From positions 53,816,001 through 53,880,000 of the forward strand of contig CM060731.1 in NCBI GenBank assembly GCA_030704615.1: 64,000 bases of DNA, written 5' to 3'. Shown here one piece after another: positions 58,401 to 64,000 of the stretch. The notes beneath the pieces are model-generated. The model saw only the letters and a list, made by a program, of their open reading frames with translations. It made no database searches and was not told where the DNA came from. Source of the DNA: Takakia lepidozioides. Its lineage: Eukaryota; Plantae; Bryophyta. Made by a program: the position numbers and the translations under genes. How positions within the stretch are numbered: the first letter of the stretch is position 1; every line of letters starts with the position of its first letter.

Positions 58401-61400
58401 TGGCACGGATTTGAAGACACGGACTCAGATGTCACAGCCCTTAAAAATCAGGACAATTGCGTAATCGTTTTCTTCCCCACAAGTGAGGACTCCGCAAGTC
58501 TGGGAGAGGACACTGCCAGCCTGCCTGATAAGCAAAGGAAAACTCCCAGCAACTTGCTTGAAGCTGCCCAGATACCTAGCAATTCCAACCATGACATGCC
58601 ATTCTCATCTAATGCAGAACTTCTAACTAGGTACATCATCTGTTGTGAGGATTCCGCTTAAGACACCATCTGAATGCCTGAAATTCTGCAACTATGCTGT
58701 ACTACCCTCCACCTGTAAGCAAATTGCAAAGAGGCCGAGACCTCTTCAAAGTTGTAGTTAGGCTCCAGCAAGCATGTTTCTGGCTTACTCAAAGCTGTGT
58801 GCTTGATGCCTTACAGACCATATAACCAGAACAATATGAAAGGGGCAGCTAATACATACATCTTCAAAGTTTATGGCAGGGATGATCTTTTCCTACTTGA
58901 AATTACGAGTTTGTTGCTTTGCAGGAATCCTACTGACCAAAAAGTCAATTTCCATCACCTCTTTCTAGAGGAGTTGCCAGGTGATAGAACTTTCCTCATG
59001 AGCTGAGTTTCTCGTTTCTTGATTATAAAGGGGGGAAACTAAAGAGATCAATGTGAAATTAAATTTCTGGAACTGGAATAAAGCTCCAGTCTTTCTTGTT
59101 ATGGCATGCAACTGCACAATTTGACTTTTGATTGTTCCTATCAGACCCTACCAGAGGCTATAAGTGAGCTCTGCTCTGAGCAGGCCAGAATTGCATGAAG
59201 AAGTTTTCATATTCCAACCTCCTTTTTGATCACATGACTTGTGAATAAACAGATCAGGTGGAGAGAACAGGGGACAGCACAACCATGGCACCAATTTATC
59301 CACAAACAAACTTGGAAGGAGAAGTCAAGAGAACAGGATCACACTCCCTTGATGCAAAATCTCCACATGGACACACACATTCAGATACATTTGACAGTTT
59401 TGATCAAGCCAGGAGAGCGATCTTTAAAATAGAGCAATCTGAAGGACGTCATTGCAGACCTGAACCTCTGCCACACCACAGCATTACCTTATCCAACCTG
59501 GACCGTATTCCAGAAAAAATGGCTTACTGCCCAACAGCCATTTCTCATGACAATGGTACCCCCTCCTCTGTGCTGCTGAAGAGTGCTGAAACTGAAGGAA
59601 TTACAGGTCATGGTTTTCAAACGCCTAAAGCCAGGTACTTGATTTGGTGTAGACTGCTCAATTTTAAAAGTTCAAATCATACATCTTAGTTTTGGAGTAA
59701 TACCTGCAAACACTGTACAACATGCGTATAAGCCAAGGAAAACCACAGCCATAAAGAAGTATGCAGGTCTCTCAAGGATCTTCCATTTAATGTGACCTCA
59801 CTTACTGTAAAGCGTACAGTTGGCTCAAACATGTTCCTCAGAGCCATTGGTCAGAATGAACTAACTCATATGCTGCATTTGGCTGCTCTTACAGGACTGT
59901 GTTTCAAATGTAAATGTTTGTGGCAGGAAAATCTCTTGCCACCATTCCTCAGCAGATGGTTGGCCTGAAGTGCCAGGTCAGCAAACAAAGAAACACGACT
60001 GCACCACGGCTGTCTTAGGCCAGAGGCATAGCCCTGAGACCTCAAAAATTGAGACAAGGGGTGGCAGTTCTTCAATCAGTCCATCTGAACAAGCGAGCAT
60101 TGCTCCAGAAACAAAAGTCGCAGCAAGTGATGAAGACTTTCCAGGGCACTGGTGTGGAAAACAGCCACTGGGTCAGGATGGAGACCAAGAGTCATGTTCA
60201 AACCGCGAGGGAGGTCACTTGCGACGCCGAACCAATAGTATACAAATGGTGCTCGCTAAATTGCGAAGACCCTGTGCATCCAGCCAAGACTGGAAGGAAA
60301 ATCACCGAGTTCCAACAGGAGAGCCATTTTTAAATCAAGATGCCTCACTTGGATCTGTGGCAAGACATCAGGACCAGAGACCACAGAGTCCAGCAGCGGA
60401 AAACAAGCAGAACCAGGACAATTTAAGGTGAAAAACTGGAGTTTGGTAACATCCCAAGGCCATTGCATGTTTGTCCTCCCATTTTGCGTGGATTCAAGAA
60501 CTATGGATGGAGGGGGGGGTTTGAAGAATGGGTGAGGTGGAGTCGTATTCAGCCAAGAAAGAAAGGTACCTTATTACTAGTCGTGATGCTTGCACGTATT
60601 CTAACCGTTGTGCCTGCATGTGCAATAGGGTGGCTACAGATGTCAACTTTATTTCAAGCGGACAAGGATTCACATCTTTGCAAAAGGGTATGATCCTCTG
60701 CTTGCTCTTGCTTACCACCATCAGTAGTCTCTCTGCTTCCCCTATCCCAAGCTTGCTTCTTGACCTTGTTTCCTCTCTCTGTCAACAGTTCCTCTCTATT
60801 TTTTCCTCCAATTATACCATTCCATGCATATACAAAGCCATTGACATTTGAAGTTAGCAAGGCTAGTCTTTTTCTATGGAAACATGCTGCCAATATGCAA
60901 AATGGGCACACTGGTAGATGGTTTGGATGCTCGTCCGTTCCTCGCTGTCTGCTAACCCAACCCACACGCATCTACGTGTTTCTTTCTTCTTTCTTCAACC
61001 AATGCTCCACATTGCTGATTACTCTAATAAAAGGGAATGTCTGACCCCAAAGTTGTTCAGTAATCATTGTCATGTTTGGCTTCGAGCTTATCAGGTGACA
61101 CAGGAGGAAAGAAGAAGCCAACTCAATTGCCTTTCAGTGTACCATTCCCTGAACCACCACAAGACTTGGCTGAAAAAGCAAAACTTGAAACCAAAACGCA
61201 AAGCAGTGTTGCGAAGGAAGCCAGGCTCAGATTTGATGACATAGAATCAGCAACAAGCCAGTTACAGAGGCCGAACAGGTATCCAAACTTTCAGTCGAAT
61301 ATAATTTTCTCACACACCTCCCAGGAGCACAAGAAGCAAGAAAGGACCTTGCTGAGTACAACAAATAACGAGGCTAGTCTGCATATGAGAGAGGGGCAAA

Positions 61401-62242
61401 AAAATGCCGCTGAGCTTTCCCAAGAGGAAAACCAGTCATCTCTATCACCCAGGAATTCTATGCTGCTATCACAAGGGAGCACAGATATGAAGTTTGAATC
61501 GCGTGTGATCCTGCAGCCACCTATAACACGCAAAAGACCCTTGGAATTTCCATGCGAGAAGCAGCCTGCAAAGGACAGAAAAGACAACTATGCAGAAAAT
61601 TCAGCACGCTCTCTGTTCTCTGAACTCAAGCATGACAAGAGGTTACCGCAGATGCTTGCATTCTCTTCGAGCCGTTCTGACACAGGGGCGTCTATGAAGA
61701 AGACTGAAGAGGCGTCCAGAGCAACTATGAAGGACAACCGCACACTACCTTGCTCCTCCCAATCCCAGAATCCCACCATCCCTCATGAGGATGTGCAGGG
61801 AATTACAAATAATATTCCTCTTACATCTGTCGGCAGCGAGGATCCCTCTGTCCAACTGGATGGAGAGAAGGAGCTTCATAAGGACAAAGAAATCTGCAAT
61901 GACCTACCTAGAGGAAAGCTTCATGCGAAACGGAAACTGAGTTTCACGGATACACCCAACACTGATAGGAAATTGATTGGTTCGGGCAGACTCACATCAC
62001 CTGTATGCGATTCAGACTCTGCTAGGAATCAAGGCTCCACACTAAGTGCACATCCAGCCGCGGAACACGAAGCTCCACTGGGAGCATCGGATGAGGTTGC
62101 AGTGCCTCACCGGGTCACCGAGATAGAAACTGGAATGGGCTCATCCTGCGATGTGGCCTATGTAAAAATGCTGGAGAGCTATGTGGTGCAGTTGAAACTT
62201 CAGAACACGGTGCTGCAGTCAATTGATGGTAAGTGTCTCTGA
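52477..62242 (+). CDS. HEIP1: HEIP1 / C12orf40 (REDIC1)-like meiotic crossover protein, multi-exon, largely low-complexity middle
   Basis: Spliced N-terminus MLQWMGGSRRKIKE|TKKSILSR|QKQFFQQRK (exons 52477-52518, 52706-52728, from 52929) and C-terminus MLESYVVQL match the conserved ends I recall for this family. Internal exons only partly traced. Confidence 0.75.
55733..56240 (+). repeat. 138-bp (46-aa) coding tandem repeat, three near-identical copies plus a diverged partial copy
   Basis: Units start at 55733, 55871, 56009 and 56156: VLHNSWDAHVSPDFKFDSNLLIPKE.LAPP.FFMDATEKVRQSAGA. Confidence 0.95.
56379..56637. repeat. Perfect 65-bp inverted repeat with 129-bp spacer
   Basis: 56379-56443 is the exact reverse complement of 56573-56637. 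Confidence 0.95.
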
Positions 62243-62720
62243 GCTTGATGGGGGTGACAGAGCCAAACTGATAGAATGTTACACGGTATCTAGGTTTGTG
62301 TAGCCATTCCGCACTTTTTCTGATCCTTCATCACTGTCTTCCTTCTCGCTTGCCAATCCTTGATGCAGCACTTTCTGATGCCGACTGATATACCAGTCAC
62401 TGCAACTTGAGAGAAAACCTTGTAACTAGTGACATCTCTGTTCATCCATAATGAATGAAAAGCCGTCCCATTTTTTTCCTTTCATTCGTTGTTCAACCAA
62501 TGGATCAATGTTTACATCTGTTTTTGACACATTTTTTTCTTGGCACTAATTGCCATGTTTTCCTTTTTTCTGTTTAAGGTAGGAGACCCGAGCCACAGGG
62601 GCCACAAGGGATTGAACCCCAGACCCACATGGCAATGCATAGGATGCCATACCACCAATATCTATTTATTTAGCTATCTTTTTCTCGGATCAATTCGACA
62701 ATTTGAAAAATAAGCACATC

Positions 62721-62947
62721 GGCTGGTAGCTCAGCTGGTAAGTGCACGGTGTGTCGCCCGGTGGTTTGGGGTTCAAACCCGCTGCCCCTGCCCCTGCCCC
62801 GTGTGTGGGTTTGTTCGTGACGGTATGTCTGGGCGTGGATCGTCCTGTAGGCCTCATGGCCCATAAATGAAAGGGGGTTAATTTTTCCCCCTCCTCAAGG
62901 GCCTAAATTGTGGGCTGTCGCTGTTTATAAAAAAAATTTAAAAAAAA
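62721..62947 (+). mobile_element. tRNA-derived SINE
   Basis: A box TAGCTCAGCTGG, B box GGTTCAAACCC, unrelated body and an A-rich tail at 62929-62947. No TSD found. Confidence 0.75.
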
Positions 62948-62949
62948 CT

Positions 62950-63720
62950 TGAGGCAAAGGGTACCATACCCTGAACCCTGAAGAGAAATAGCAAGGAGAG
63001 AACAAGGGTCCATCAGGAGACATACCTACATACCTACCAACAGAACAAGGGAAGCACAGATCATAGAGCAAAGAGACAAGAGCCATCCTTGCTTTCCTAA
63101 ACACAAAAACAAGCTACCCAGGACAAACATCGGACACGATCGATTTGACCAAATTGAATCCTCTGACCGCGTCTGGTTCTGGTACATTATTCCAAGACTT
63201 GCACACCAACTGTTTGCAATTGGCGAGTGTGATCCGTAAAGAGCCTGCCATTGTTTTTCTTTGTATTTTATTGGATCTCCCTCTACCCAAAATTCGCCCC
63301 TCTTTACCCCCTAATGGACGAGCCCGTTTTTGGTGGGCCCATTCCAAAACGGAGCATGCGAGGTGTTTGAGGGCATGTTTGACATTTGACAAACATCCAT
63401 GGGGATGAACCCTATGAAAGTAATCCTACCTACTTCAAGAAAAAATTCAGTTGATTTCAACGTGTCATTATGAAGATTATAACAAAAATGCAACCTGTAA
63501 ATGTTTATTGTGCTCTAGTTTTGGAGTGAAAAGATGGTTTGACCAAGCAATTGGCCTGGCAAAATGAATTTTCATTGATACAGGCCACCCACATTCTAAT
63601 TGTCTGGCATGTACAGCACCTTGGGCCAAAATTCCAGAACCAAATTCCAAAACAAAAAAGACCGTCCATTACAATTGACCCCAAATCTGCCTCAAATGTG
63701 TCCAAATTTCATCACAAGGT
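62950..63720 (-). mobile_element. Possible decayed 3' part of an L1-like element
   Basis: Weak zf-RVT-like remnant (CQM...NTSHAPFWNGP) and a pyrimidine-rich 3' region on the minus strand. Confidence 0.25.
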
Positions 63721-64000
63721 GTAAATTCCTCTGATCATATTTTTCCTTGCGTGGAAACTCACTACCATAAAAAAATTGGAAGCATTCTAACCTATCTACA
63801 TGCATAGATTTCCATTTGGGCCAATTTCTACTTGAATCCGAATTCCGGGGAACTCATGCCTGAGCCGGCAGAGGATTCCGGCCCAAAAAATCGGGCTACG
63901 TCATCGATTTATGGGGAATGCATGACAGGGCCCCAAAACGCAGCACCCGACGAACACCAAGGGAGGCCCTTTCTTTCATCGTGCAAACCTACAAGTAACC

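Noticed and set aside
62721-62790. Functional tRNA gene
   Set aside because: The acceptor and anticodon stems do not pair properly, and it continues into a body and A-tail like a SINE.

Overview
Eukaryotic nuclear DNA from a land plant. It is most likely a non-seed, bryophyte-grade lineage, an inference from the compact GT-AG introns, several DYW-type PPR loci and a piggyBac relic. Host genes: an SPC12/SPCS1-like gene, a chloroplast DEAD-box helicase RH58-like gene (10 exons, minus), an intact intronless PLS-E-DYW PPR editing factor plus two decayed DYW-PPR loci, UPF2 (plus), FLAP1/DUF1517 (minus) and a divergently transcribed HEIP1/C12orf40-like meiotic gene (plus). Mobile DNA: a degenerate piggyBac, L1-like and gag relics, a non-autonomous hAT-like element with an 8-bp TSD, tRNA-derived SINE(s) and a 26S rRNA fragment. 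The most notable structure is a 4.7-kb single-frame APE-RT LINE inside RH58 intron 5. It has a 19-bp TSD, no poly(A), almost no 3' UTR, and two in-frame TGA codons. About ten short copies of its 3' end are scattered through the window. They end at a fixed ...TTATGAGTACA(T/A) terminus, nearly always followed by TC, and several carry 14-16 bp TSDs. Two independent copies are the same 32-bp unit. A perfect 65-bp inverted repeat in the HEIP1-like gene flanks a segment that looks like inverted coding sequence. All calls were made by eye, without database searches.
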